A stretch of 35,125 bases of DNA from Candidatus Heimdallarchaeota archaeon (GCA_019057375.1 DXJF01000074.1:1-35125); one strand, 5' to 3'; shown: positions 1-9,100, numbered from the stretch's first letter. Notes: generated by a model not told the origin, from the sequence alone. Made by a program: numbers and translations.

Positions 1-96
1 AGGTTTTTCCTTGACTTCAGCTTTAGGTTTTTCCTTGACTTCAGCTTTAGGTACTTCTTTGACTTTAGCTTTAGGTACTTCTTTGACTTCAGCTCT
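1..96. repeat. Four tandem 24-bp repeats encoding (K/R)A(E/K)VKE(V/K)P in the Rrp41 C-terminal tail
   Basis: aggtttttccttgacttcagcttt x2 (1-48), aggtacttctttgactttagcttt (49-72), aggtacttctttgacttcagctct (73-96). The array may continue beyond position 1. Confidence 0.95.
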
Positions 97-816
97 AATA
101 TCTGTATATTTCTGTTTTAAGGCGTTTTTTTGAATTTCAAATATTTCCTTTGCACCTTTGACAGCCAAATCTAAGCTTTCTTCAAATTGATCTATGGTGA
201 AGACTCCATCTAGTTGAAGTAAAGAAATTTCATCTAAAGTAGGAGCATATGCTAGAGGCATATCGCCCGATCCCTTTTGGTCTTCTAAATCATATAGATC
301 TAGAGCAACTTTGTCATTAATTAACCCTGCTGCTACTGAGGAAACTATGCCTCTCATTGGAACTCCAGCATCAGCTAGAGCAACAGAAGCAGCTATTAAA
401 CTTGCACAACGAGTTCCACCATCAGCTTGAAGTACTTGCATATATACATCTATCGCTGTTCTTGGATACTTTTCTGTTAGAACAACTGAAGATAAGGAAT
501 CTGCAAGAATCATAGAAATTTCCTTTTCTCTCCTTGAGGGAGCAGGGCTTTTTCTGTCATTGACTGAAAAAGTTGACATTCGATAAAAACATTGAATTAA
601 TGCTCTATCTGGTAATGCTCTGTGTTTTGGATGCAGTTCTCTAGGTCCGTAGATCGCAGCAACAATAATGTTTTTTCCCATGCGAATTTCTGCAGAACCA
701 TCTGCATTTTTTAATACGCCAATTTTAATACTTAAAGGACGTAATTCGTCTAAATCTCGTCCATCTACTCTTTTTCCTTTTTCATCGATTAGTTGGACGG
801 TTCCATCTCCTGCCAT
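1..816 (-). CDS. rrp41: Exosome complex exonuclease Rrp41 (RNase PH family); 3' end runs off the window
   Basis: Not in the ORF track because there is no stop in the window. Manual translation from the ATG at 816 (alternative in-frame ATG at 831) gives MAGDGTVQLIDEKGKRVDGRDLDELRPLSIKIGVLKNADGSAEIRMG...YGPRELHP...RREKEIS...IDVYMQVLQADGGTRCAS...DMP, the RNase PH signatures. It lies directly downstream of rrp4. Confidence 0.95.
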   Translation of the reverse strand, partial: MAGDGTVQLIDEKGKRVDGRDLDELRPLSIKIGVLKNADGSAEIRMGKNIIVAAIYGPRELHPKHRALPDRALIQCFYRMSTFSVNDRKSPAPSRREKEISMILADSLSSVVLTEKYPRTAIDVYMQVLQADGGTRCASLIAASVALADAGVPMRGIVSSVAAGLINDKVALDLYDLEDQKGSGDMPLAYAPTLDEISLLQLDGVFTIDQFEESLDLAVKGAKEIFEIQKNALKQKYTDIRAEVKEVPKAKVKEVPKAEVKEKPKAEVKEKP

Positions 817-820
817 AATA

Positions 821-1522
821 TCACTTCTCATTTTCTGTTTGACCGTTAGATAGCATATCACGTATTCTGTCAGTTAATCCTTGTGTATGTGCTTCTAACT
901 CTATTTTTGTAATTGATTCAATAGCCTTTATTTCATCTTCAGGCTTCTTTCCTTGAATCCAAATTCTTCCATTTTGACCTGTTATAATTTGTGTTCTTGT
1001 AAGTCTTTTAACCATATTAATCATAGTGCCCTTCTTTCCAATAACTCGAGGAATATGTGCTGCTTCAATCTCAATCACTCTTCCTCCTCTTAATTTTCCT
1101 AAACCTCTCTCATTTGTGAGTATTGAAGGATCTCTGGTTCTGTCAAAACTTGCAATTTTTGTTAGAATAATATCCCCAATATCGAATATTTTTCTGGTAT
1201 CATCCTTAACTGGATCAAATCGTTTCTCTGTTGCATTATTGGCTAGTAACACCGCCGAATAAGGGGCGCCAACATCAACAATCCAATTAGTTAATCCAAC
1301 TTCAACTATCTTACCGATTACTAGATCTCCAGGTCTAGGGATATATTTACCTTTCAGAGATTTTACTTGAATAAACTCTCCTTTATCTTGAAAAAGACCT
1401 ACAAGTGTAGAGTAATAGACATTTCCCTTTCTTATGACGCCTTCGCCATATTTGAAATTGCCTTCTGCTAGTAAATCACCTGGAATAACTATTTCATGAT
1501 TCTTTACTTTAATAACGGACAT
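821..1522 (-). CDS. rrp4: Exosome RNA-binding subunit Rrp4 (S1 + KH)
   Basis: IVIPGDLL N-terminus, YIPRPGDLVIGKI (S1 domain), IPRVIGKKGTMI (KH GxxG), GQNGRIWI. Located between SBDS and rrp41. Confidence 0.96.
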   Translation of the reverse strand: MSVIKVKNHEIVIPGDLLAEGNFKYGEGVIRKGNVYYSTLVGLFQDKGEFIQVKSLKGKYIPRPGDLVIGKIVEVGLTNWIVDVGAPYSAVLLANNATEKRFDPVKDDTRKIFDIGDIILTKIASFDRTRDPSILTNERGLGKLRGGRVIEIEAAHIPRVIGKKGTMINMVKRLTRTQIITGQNGRIWIQGKKPEDEIKAIESITKIELEAHTQGLTDRIRDMLSNGQTENEK

Positions 1523-1548
1523 TATTAATCACAATCTTTGTTATTTAT

Positions 1549-2292
1549 TTATTCAGCAAGTCTTTCTAATATTTTGACTTGCGCTTTTCCTTTAGTTCTC
1601 GAAGTTACTTGTTCCAAGAAATCTGCTTGAGTTCCAGATGGTATTTGGGTCACCACAGCTAAACTACCATCAGATAACCATTCTTCTTGAATTAAATTGC
1701 CTGCAGATAGTATAAAACCATAAAGTGGTCCAGTATAATTTGGAGGTATTTTTAATGCTAATTTAACTGATTCCAGTCGAATAGGCATAACAGGTTTTAG
1801 TTGATTAATTATTTCTAAAGCTTGATTTTTTGCTTCTTCCTTGTAATCAATATTAACTCCTAAATCAAGAATGGCCTTTTCTATCCTATCCTTGGGGATA
1901 GGAACATTTTCTCGCGGATTTATACAGTGAATATGAATGAAGTCAACAATTTCAATTCTCTTTTCTTTAAGAATTTCATTTCGCTGGTCAGCAGTTAATT
2001 GAAGTTTGCCTTCTTTCAGAATTTTAACTGCTATTTCTCTTTCTGTCAGTCCTTCAAAAGCAACTTCTAAATCATCTTTTGTTGCTTTAACTCCCCGCGA
2101 TAAATTTTCATAAACTGCAAATACTTCAAATATATCATCTATTTCAACCTCTTCCCCTTGTAAAAACCTCCAAGCCGGTTCAGGATTGACAAGTAATTCA
2201 TATCGCCTCCCATGTTTTTCAAAACGAACGATAGACTTTCCTCGTAAATCTATTCGTCTATCTATTGTAACGCCTCTAAAATCTTGGCTCAT
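1549..2292 (-). CDS. sbds: Ribosome maturation protein SBDS/Sdo1
   Basis: GRRYELLVNP, QLTADQRNE, IHIHCINPRENVPIP..RIEKA, W..DGSL. The likely start is the ATG at 2292 rather than 2340. Canonical position upstream of rrp4. Confidence 0.93.
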   Translation of the reverse strand: MSQDFRGVTIDRRIDLRGKSIVRFEKHGRRYELLVNPEPAWRFLQGEEVEIDDIFEVFAVYENLSRGVKATKDDLEVAFEGLTEREIAVKILKEGKLQLTADQRNEILKEKRIEIVDFIHIHCINPRENVPIPKDRIEKAILDLGVNIDYKEEAKNQALEIINQLKPVMPIRLESVKLALKIPPNYTGPLYGFILSAGNLIQEEWLSDGSLAVVTQIPSGTQADFLEQVTSRTKGKAQVKILERLAE

Positions 2293-2420
2293 TTTTACCA
2301 CTCTCTTGTAACATACTAACTTCGCTGATTTTGAGAACAATGAAAGCCAGATTTATAAGATTTTTCAAGATTGAGAACTTGAAAAGAAAGAGATAAAATA
2401 AGATTTCATAGAGGATAATT

Positions 2421-2933
2421 ATGCCAAACATCTTGATAACTGGATATCCAAGAGTAGGAAAAACCACCTTAATTAATAGAATTGTGGAAACAAAAAAAAG
2501 AAAAGTTGTTGGATTTGTCACTAATGAGGTTAAGTTAAACAATAGAAGAGCAGGGTTTAATATTGAATCATTTTCAGGTCTTAAGCTACAATTAGCTTCA
2601 AAGGAAAATCGACAAAGTTTGTATCGTGTAGCCAACTATGGTGTTTATTTGAAAAATGTTGACACGATTGTTGATCAAGTTAATCAGGATATGGAAGAGT
2701 TAAGTTATGAATTGATCATCTTAGATGAAATCGGAAAAATGGAACTCTTTTCTTCTAAATTCAAACAATTTGTTGTAAAATGTTTAGAACAGAAATGTGT
2801 TTTAGGCACAATTATGATGAGAGATAATAATTTCACTAGTAAAATTAAAAATAGTTTAGATACAATTGTTTATCAGCTCACAGAAAAAAATAGAGCTCAT
2901 GCTGAAAAAGACATTCTTAAGTTGATGATGTAA
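2421..2933 (+). CDS. THEP1/NTPase_1-family P-loop NTPase
   Basis: ILITGYPRVGKTT (Walker A), VGFVTNEV...RAGF, IILDEIGKMEL (Walker B). Confidence 0.9.
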   Translation: MPNILITGYPRVGKTTLINRIVETKKRKVVGFVTNEVKLNNRRAGFNIESFSGLKLQLASKENRQSLYRVANYGVYLKNVDTIVDQVNQDMEELSYELIILDEIGKMELFSSKFKQFVVKCLEQKCVLGTIMMRDNNFTSKIKNSLDTIVYQLTEKNRAHAEKDILKLMM

Positions 2934-3782
2934 ATGCCAGAAGGTCCAGAAGTTGAATGCACAAGACTTTCTCTAAGAAGGTTTGAAGGCAAAAAAATAG
3001 CGAAAATAGAATTGACTAAACTTTCACAAAAATACAAAAAATATAAAGGAAAGCAGAAAATATTCGACGAGTTTATTGGAAGAACAATAACAAAAATTGA
3101 AAGAAAGGGAAAATTTCTTATATGGGGTTTTGATTTCCCTAAAGTCATTCTAAATCATCTGGGAATGTCTGGACATTGGATTATCTCTGAAGTAGAAGAT
3201 GTTCCAGCTCATATTATTCACCTCAAGATAAAAATTCTGTTTAAAAATGAAAATATGATAGCTATTTTTGAAGACACAAGAAATTTTGGGCAATTCAGAA
3301 TTTATGATACTTATCAAGATGTAATGAATCATTTACCTATTAGAAATTTAGGCCCCGATGGACTGAAGGTTCCCTTCCCTCAAGAAGCATTTGCTGAAAA
3401 ACTTAAACTGAAAAAAAATGCAAACAAAGAAATTGGAAGAATTCTTCTTGATCAAAGTTTAATCGCAGGAATAGGGAACATTTACAAATCAGAATCTTTA
3501 GCATTAGCGAAAATAACCCCCTTAAAATTAGTAAAAAAACTCAAACCTGAAGAAATAGAAAGGTTAGGGGGCTCAATTTCAATTATTCTTCGCAAAGCAG
3601 TCAAATCCATGGGAAGTTCAATACAATCATATAGAACATCTACTGGAGAAGAAGGCTCTGCTCAGAACTGGCATAAAGTGTATGCAAAAGCAGGGAGTAA
3701 TTGTGAAAGCTGTGGCAATAGAATCATAAGGATTGTACAAGATAAAAGAAGTACCTTCTATTGTGAAAAATGTCAAGTTTAG
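2934..3782 (+). CDS. Fpg/Nei-family DNA glycosylase/AP lyase (MutM-like)
   Basis: N-terminal MPEGPE (catalytic Pro/Glu), ERKGKFL, HLGMSG, DTRNFG, H2TH motif LLDQSLIAGIGNIYKSESL, and a C-terminal CX2CX16CX2C zinc finger. Confidence 0.95.
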   Translation: MPEGPEVECTRLSLRRFEGKKIAKIELTKLSQKYKKYKGKQKIFDEFIGRTITKIERKGKFLIWGFDFPKVILNHLGMSGHWIISEVEDVPAHIIHLKIKILFKNENMIAIFEDTRNFGQFRIYDTYQDVMNHLPIRNLGPDGLKVPFPQEAFAEKLKLKKNANKEIGRILLDQSLIAGIGNIYKSESLALAKITPLKLVKKLKPEEIERLGGSISIILRKAVKSMGSSIQSYRTSTGEEGSAQNWHKVYAKAGSNCESCGNRIIRIVQDKRSTFYCEKCQV

Positions 3783-3837
3783 GAATTTGTTAAGCTGACT
3801 ACAAAAGAGATATAATTAGGATTTTCTTTTTTTCTTT

Positions 3838-5829
3838 ATGGATTTACAGGAACTTATTAACAAGGTCGCTCATGAATTATCCGGAGAAAAAACAAAACGG
3901 ATGACTAGTTTCTTGAGCTTGTATCATCGAATTCAAGCTAGTAAGGAATTTCATACAGCTGCTGAATTTCTACAGAAAGAACTAATAAAGCTTGGAGATG
4001 AGAATTCGTATATTCACGAATACATAGCAGACGGTACAAAGCGATATTCTGAATGGGAAACACCAATTTCTTGGGATATTGAGGATGGGTCATTATATCT
4101 TGTTGAACCCATTAAAAAGGTACTCTGTCGCTTTTCAGAAGTTCCTGAGAGCGTTTGTACTCATTCAAAATCAGTAAATCTAACTTCTGAGGTAGTTCAT
4201 GTTGGAGCAGGTAAAGAAGAAGATTTTGAAGACATTGATGTAAGGGGGAAGGTTGTTTTAACATCTGCAAGCCCAAGAACAATGATTGAAAGATTAGCCA
4301 AACATGGATCTATTGGTATTATTGCATATCCTTCTGAACAAAGAGCTCAAGGATATCAAGAAATGATACAGTATGTAGGTCTATGGCCTAATGCAGAAAA
4401 TGTTGAAAAGTCAACGTTTGGATTTTCTCTTTCAAGAAAACAAGCCTTGGAACTTATTGATTTCTTGAATAAGGGAAAGAAAGTTATGATAAGGGGAGAA
4501 ATCAAAGCTGAACTATATGAAGGAAAAATGCATGTATTATCCACTAAAATTGAAGGAAGTAATTATCCAGAAGAAGAAATAATACTTATCGCACACATCT
4601 GTCATCCAGCTCCTTCAGCAAATGATAATGCATCAGGAAGTGCATTATTGTTTGAGATATATAGAACAATTAATGCATTAATTGAAAAGAAAGAAATTGG
4701 CCATCCTGAACGTACAATCAGATTCTTATGGGTACCGGAATTTAGTGGAACTATTCCCTGGATTGGAGAACAGGAAAAAAGAAAAAATTTCAAACCAATT
4801 TTCTGTATTAATCTAGATATGGTTGGAGAACATCCTTCTCTTGTAGGCTTTCCTTTTACTGTAAATAAAACAAGCATTTCAACACCATCGTTTCTTAATG
4901 ACTTAATATCAGAATGCATAGAAAATGTCAAAGACAATCCACTAACTATAGAACAAGGAGGATGGCAGTTTCCTTGGAATTACAGAATTAAACCTTTTGC
5001 GGGTGGTTCAGACCATTTGTTGTTTAATGATGAACCTCTAAGAATTCCCTCAGTTATGTTTGGTCATCCCGATACTTTTCATCACACAAACCTTGACACA
5101 ATCGAAAAAGTAGATCAAACAACATTGAAGAGAGTAGGATCTGTTGCAACAAGTACAGTTATTTCTTGTTGCTATAAAGACAAATTTTCAAAAGAAATTC
5201 AAGGTAGTTTTCTTAAAGGATTAGAAAAAAGGAAGGGTTCATTCCTCAATATGATATTAAAGGAATTAAACATATTGAACCATTTAGATAAGGGAGAAAA
5301 AGATGAAAGAGAATATCTGATTCGAAATCTTCTTCCACCGTATTTGAAGTATGAAAGAAGGGGATTGCAATCGATTGAAAATCTATTTGGGGGTTTGGAT
5401 ACAAAAATAAGTGATTTACAAAGAAATGGTCTAAATCATTTTGAGACTTCAATTCATACATTAACGAGAGAATTAGCTGATGAAATAATAAGTAAGACAA
5501 CTCAACAGCTACTAGGTAAGATACCAAAGCGGTTATGGAAAGGACCATTTAATGCTAGTATGATTTACAGATCTATGAGTGATCTAGATTCATTAAAAGA
5601 TGAAATAAAACTCTCTGAAAATCAGATTATGGATATCAAAAAGCTATCGCAAGGTATGATGACAAATTATGGGGGATTAATGTTTGACACAATTAATCTC
5701 ATCAATAATGAAAGAAGTGTTTTAGAAATTGCATTGTACCTAAGTATAGTGGAGTGGAAAACCATAGATATAAAAATTATTGGAAGTTTTATAGAACTGA
5801 TGAGAAAATTGGAGTTTATATGTTATTAA
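3838..5829 (+). CDS. M28-family Zn aminopeptidase with PA domain (DUF4910-like)
   Basis: Metal-binding motifs AHICHP, ANDNASG, WVPE, INLDMVG, GSDH and HHTNLD, with a PA-like insert at VRGKVVL. Confidence 0.85.
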   Translation: MDLQELINKVAHELSGEKTKRMTSFLSLYHRIQASKEFHTAAEFLQKELIKLGDENSYIHEYIADGTKRYSEWETPISWDIEDGSLYLVEPIKKVLCRFSEVPESVCTHSKSVNLTSEVVHVGAGKEEDFEDIDVRGKVVLTSASPRTMIERLAKHGSIGIIAYPSEQRAQGYQEMIQYVGLWPNAENVEKSTFGFSLSRKQALELIDFLNKGKKVMIRGEIKAELYEGKMHVLSTKIEGSNYPEEEIILIAHICHPAPSANDNASGSALLFEIYRTINALIEKKEIGHPERTIRFLWVPEFSGTIPWIGEQEKRKNFKPIFCINLDMVGEHPSLVGFPFTVNKTSISTPSFLNDLISECIENVKDNPLTIEQGGWQFPWNYRIKPFAGGSDHLLFNDEPLRIPSVMFGHPDTFHHTNLDTIEKVDQTTLKRVGSVATSTVISCCYKDKFSKEIQGSFLKGLEKRKGSFLNMILKELNILNHLDKGEKDEREYLIRNLLPPYLKYERRGLQSIENLFGGLDTKISDLQRNGLNHFETSIHTLTRELADEIISKTTQQLLGKIPKRLWKGPFNASMIYRSMSDLDSLKDEIKLSENQIMDIKKLSQGMMTNYGGLMFDTINLINNERSVLEIALYLSIVEWKTIDIKIIGSFIELMRKLEFICY

Positions 5830-5958
5830 CTATTAAATTTGTTTAGACCATTTTTAGCCTTCAAACATCAATTAACGTTAAAACGACCACAGTTAGAACC
5901 TCCTACCTTTAGCAATGGTTTTATATGTATAAAAATAAAAGTAACTTGTAGATTTAAG

Positions 5959-6858
5959 ATGGCAAAAGATGAAGTAAAATCATTGGTGAATTCTGTCAAC
6001 ATGGTAAAAAACATGGTCGAAAGTATAGTTTCAGCTGTCCAAGAAAGATTCAAAGATTATGATAATGTTGTTGTATCATTAAAAGAAAAAATAGAGAATT
6101 TAGAGAATAAAATATCTGTACTTGAGCAATCAGGAGTTCCTGTTGGGGCACCTAGTTCTCCAGATCAAGTTTCTCGATTAGAAAAAAGATTGGATGGTCT
6201 CAATGAAAGAATTCTTTTGATTGAAGCAACTAGAAGTGTGCAACAAGATGCAGTAGTTGAACCAGCTGACGTTCAAGCTCTAAAAGACATTGCAGAAAAA
6301 GAAACAAAACCTGAATCTGTTATTGAAATGCCTACAGCGCCCATAACTCCACCACCTACACCAGAGGTTATAACCTCAGCACTAGAACCTGATGTTGAAA
6401 AACAACCTGAACCTCCAACAGTTGAAGCTCCATCAATACCTGCACCTACACCTCCATCTCCAATCAGTAGTACTGTAACAGAACCCAAAGAGTTACCTGA
6501 AATACCAAAACCAACAGATGTTTCACTAATCGAAACTCAAGAACTCGCAGCTGTACCTGCAAAACCCGAGATTCCATCACCAGCAACATTTCCTAAACCT
6601 GCGACTCAAGTCACTGAACCAGCTGAAAGAGATGTGAGCCCAATTTCTAAAGAAGTATCGGGTAGCATACCAATGCCTCCATCACAAGTTGATTCGCCTA
6701 CACAGCAACCACAAGCAGTTCAACTTCCAGTACCAAAGGCAGATGATGGAGAAGCTGTAGCTCCAGAAGAGAAAAAATCAGCAGAACTATTTGGAGAAGC
6801 TGTAAGTGGAGACAAAGCTGAACTTCTAAAAGCTTTGAAGAAATTGGAAGATTTGTAA
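5959..6858 (+). CDS. Hypothetical protein: N-terminal coiled coil, long Pro/Glu/Thr-rich disordered region, C-terminal amphipathic helix
   Basis: The likely start is the ATG at 5959 (MAKDEVKSLV). Heptad-like LKEKIENLENKISVLEQ and LEKRLDGLNERILLIE, a P/E/T/V-rich middle, and the end AELLKALKKLEDL. Confidence 0.8.
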   Translation: MAKDEVKSLVNSVNMVKNMVESIVSAVQERFKDYDNVVVSLKEKIENLENKISVLEQSGVPVGAPSSPDQVSRLEKRLDGLNERILLIEATRSVQQDAVVEPADVQALKDIAEKETKPESVIEMPTAPITPPPTPEVITSALEPDVEKQPEPPTVEAPSIPAPTPPSPISSTVTEPKELPEIPKPTDVSLIETQELAAVPAKPEIPSPATFPKPATQVTEPAERDVSPISKEVSGSIPMPPSQVDSPTQQPQAVQLPVPKADDGEAVAPEEKKSAELFGEAVSGDKAELLKALKKLEDL

Positions 6859-6905
6859 ATCTAATCTACAGTAAATTTCATATAGCGTTTACAGATTTTT
6901 GCTTA

Positions 6906-7952
6906 ATGGCTCCTACTATAGCACCAATCATTATTTACATTTTATCCTTCATTACCCCTTTTATCATTACTTTGCTAGGGTTGCCGCTTCATATAAAACT
7001 GATGCACAAAAGAGGGATCAGTGGCGTAGATATTCATAAAGAGGATAAGCCAAAGGTTGCGGAAAGGGGAGGAATTGTGATATTAATAGCCATTATACTA
7101 TCTTCGGTGTTAATGATTATTTTAGTTAATGACCCAGAATTAAGATTATCAATAGGAATATTTTGCATAACAGTTACTATAGCAGGTTTAATAGGATTAG
7201 TTGACGATATTTTCAACTTAAGCGCATTACTAAAACCGTTTCTACTTTTATTTGCTTCAATTCCTATAATTACATCTAAAAGATATAAACCTGAACCAAT
7301 TTTACCATTCATTGGAAAAACAAGGTTAACTATTGCTTATATTGTACTTTTGCCATTTATTATTGCAGTCCCAGCTAATTCAGTCAATATGTTAGATGTA
7401 TTTAATGGTTCAATGGCTACAACTACAATTATTGTGCTGATTGCAGTGTTCTTTTCAAATATGATTGTCTTTGGTAATGGTTTTGATCAATTGGATAACT
7501 CAGGATTAACATATGTGTTTGTTTTAATCATGGTTGGTACACTACTGGCATTTTGGATTTTTAATCGGTATCCAGCGAAGGTTTTTGGAGGAGATACAGG
7601 GAGTCTTGCAATTGGCGGAGCTTTAGGTGCTATTGCAGTGATGGGAAGGTTAGAGGTAGTTGTGATTATTGCCATGATACCTTTCATCATGAATGCATTC
7701 GGAATTATTAGTAGTGTTAAAGGGTTATTGGAAAGAAGAGAAATGACTCGCCCCACAAAAATGACTAAAGATTGGAAAATAGAATCAACCAGAGATAGAA
7801 AGGCACCAATCACACTAGTAGGTTTAGTTATACAAAAGGGGCCTCTTCATGAGAAGGATGTTGTAAAAACATTCAATGTTTTAGCAATTGTAAGTGCTAT
7901 TCTTGCAATAGTGATTGCTGTTTTAACCAATCTATCGGGGGTAGTTTCATGA
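6906..7952 (+). CDS. MraY/GPT-family polyprenyl-phosphate N-acetylhexosamine-1-phosphate transferase (AglH/DPAGT1-like)
   Basis: Multi-pass membrane protein with GLIGLVDD, ANSVNMLDVFNG and FNRYPAKVFGGDTGS motifs. Confidence 0.9.
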   Translation: MAPTIAPIIIYILSFITPFIITLLGLPLHIKLMHKRGISGVDIHKEDKPKVAERGGIVILIAIILSSVLMIILVNDPELRLSIGIFCITVTIAGLIGLVDDIFNLSALLKPFLLLFASIPIITSKRYKPEPILPFIGKTRLTIAYIVLLPFIIAVPANSVNMLDVFNGSMATTTIIVLIAVFFSNMIVFGNGFDQLDNSGLTYVFVLIMVGTLLAFWIFNRYPAKVFGGDTGSLAIGGALGAIAVMGRLEVVVIIAMIPFIMNAFGIISSVKGLLERREMTRPTKMTKDWKIESTRDRKAPITLVGLVIQKGPLHEKDVVKTFNVLAIVSAILAIVIAVLTNLSGVVS

Positions 7953-8278
7953 GTATTATTCAATCAGTATCAAGTTTTGTAAAAAACATTGGTTCAGGAA
8001 TAATGAGCTATTTTAGACTTACACCAAGACTTGCGAAGTTAATAGGTTTAGAAATCTTTGTCTTTGGAACTTTTATTGCCATTTGTGTAGTGATTAGCGA
8101 AGGAATTATGAGAATCCCTGATTCCCCAAAACCTGGATTAAATTTCTTGTTTGCAGCATTGAAAGTAGGGATTAGTCTTCTCCTAATTGGCCTATGGACA
8201 GGTGTATGGTATTATTTAACAAAAAGACTCATGAAAAATGATAGACAAAAAAATAAGGAAAAAGAAGAAAATAAATGA
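7949..8278 (+). CDS. Small membrane protein (2 predicted TM helices)
   Basis: 4-bp ATGA overlap with the GPT gene, two hydrophobic stretches and a charged C-terminus. Confidence 0.7.
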   Translation: MSIIQSVSSFVKNIGSGIMSYFRLTPRLAKLIGLEIFVFGTFIAICVVISEGIMRIPDSPKPGLNFLFAALKVGISLLLIGLWTGVWYYLTKRLMKNDRQKNKEKEENK

Positions 8279-8281
8279 ATC

Positions 8282-8938
8282 TTACACTTTAGTCTCTAAG
8301 AGATATAGTCTTTTCTTTAAATTATAGAACCTTTTAGCAAATTCTAAACTTGAAATATCGTAATCTTCAAATTGTTGTTCAATTGCGAAAAGTTCACTTT
8401 CAACATTCAAAATCTCGTCATCAAGGTGTTTTTGTTTTTCTTGTTCTAGAGCTCTGTTAGTAAGATGTTGAGATTTCTTGCCTTTAATTTCATTCAAGAT
8501 TCTTTTCTTATCTTCAAGAATTACAGCTAATTGCTCTTTCTGCGTAATTATTGGATTAAGTTGTTCTTGAGAATCTACAATTTGAGGTTTTTCTTCAATA
8601 CATCTTGCAGGAACTTTTGAGAAGAGTCTTAGTAATTCCACTATAACTTGGAACAAGCGATAACTGTCTCTCCAACGTGCTAGCATTCTCATCTCGAGAA
8701 TACCTTCTGGGGTCATATTTGGATGAGTAATTGGACTAAGAATTTGAACTACTGGAGGAGATTCGGGATAATTTTCTGGTAATTTTATTTCAACATCTAC
8801 GAATATTTCTCCTTCATTTGTGATTACTGGAACAAAACCTTTCCAAGTTGTTAGATCACCATCTTTTGGCTCGAAAGCATAAGCTCTCTCCATTACAAGA
8901 CTATATTCTTTTGCTAGGACACTATCTGGAATAGGCAT
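8282..8938 (-). CDS. Ubiquitin E2 variant (UEV) + coiled coil + steadiness-box protein (Vps23/Vps37 ESCRT-I-like)
   Basis: UBC fold motifs IKLPENYPESPPVV and ITHPN..EGILEM...W. The catalytic Cys position is Glu82. The C-terminus FEDYDISSLEFAKRFYNLKKRLYLL resembles the SB/Mod_r box. Confidence 0.8.
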   Translation of the reverse strand: MPIPDSVLAKEYSLVMERAYAFEPKDGDLTTWKGFVPVITNEGEIFVDVEIKLPENYPESPPVVQILSPITHPNMTPEGILEMRMLARWRDSYRLFQVIVELLRLFSKVPARCIEEKPQIVDSQEQLNPIITQKEQLAVILEDKKRILNEIKGKKSQHLTNRALEQEKQKHLDDEILNVESELFAIEQQFEDYDISSLEFAKRFYNLKKRLYLLETKV

Positions 8939-9100
8939 ATTTTACACCTTTATTTCGATAATCTATTTCTATAGATTAATTTCAAATAATTAGAACAAAT
9001 TGTACCTTAAAAACCTTCGTAAACTCATTTGTTGAAGTAGAAAACACCTAGCACCTATTCAGCATGTTTTGTGTTTAAATATTAAGTTTAAATTATAAAA

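Noticed and set aside
5839-5958. N-terminal extension of the proline-rich ORF given in the ORF track
   Set aside because: It uses a non-ATG start in promoter-like AT-rich DNA. The ATG at 5959 gives a more credible start.
6805-6858. WH2 actin-binding motif in the C-terminal helix (LLKALKKL)
   Set aside because: The spacing between the helix and the LKK element does not fit WH2. It is kept only as a generic amphipathic helix.
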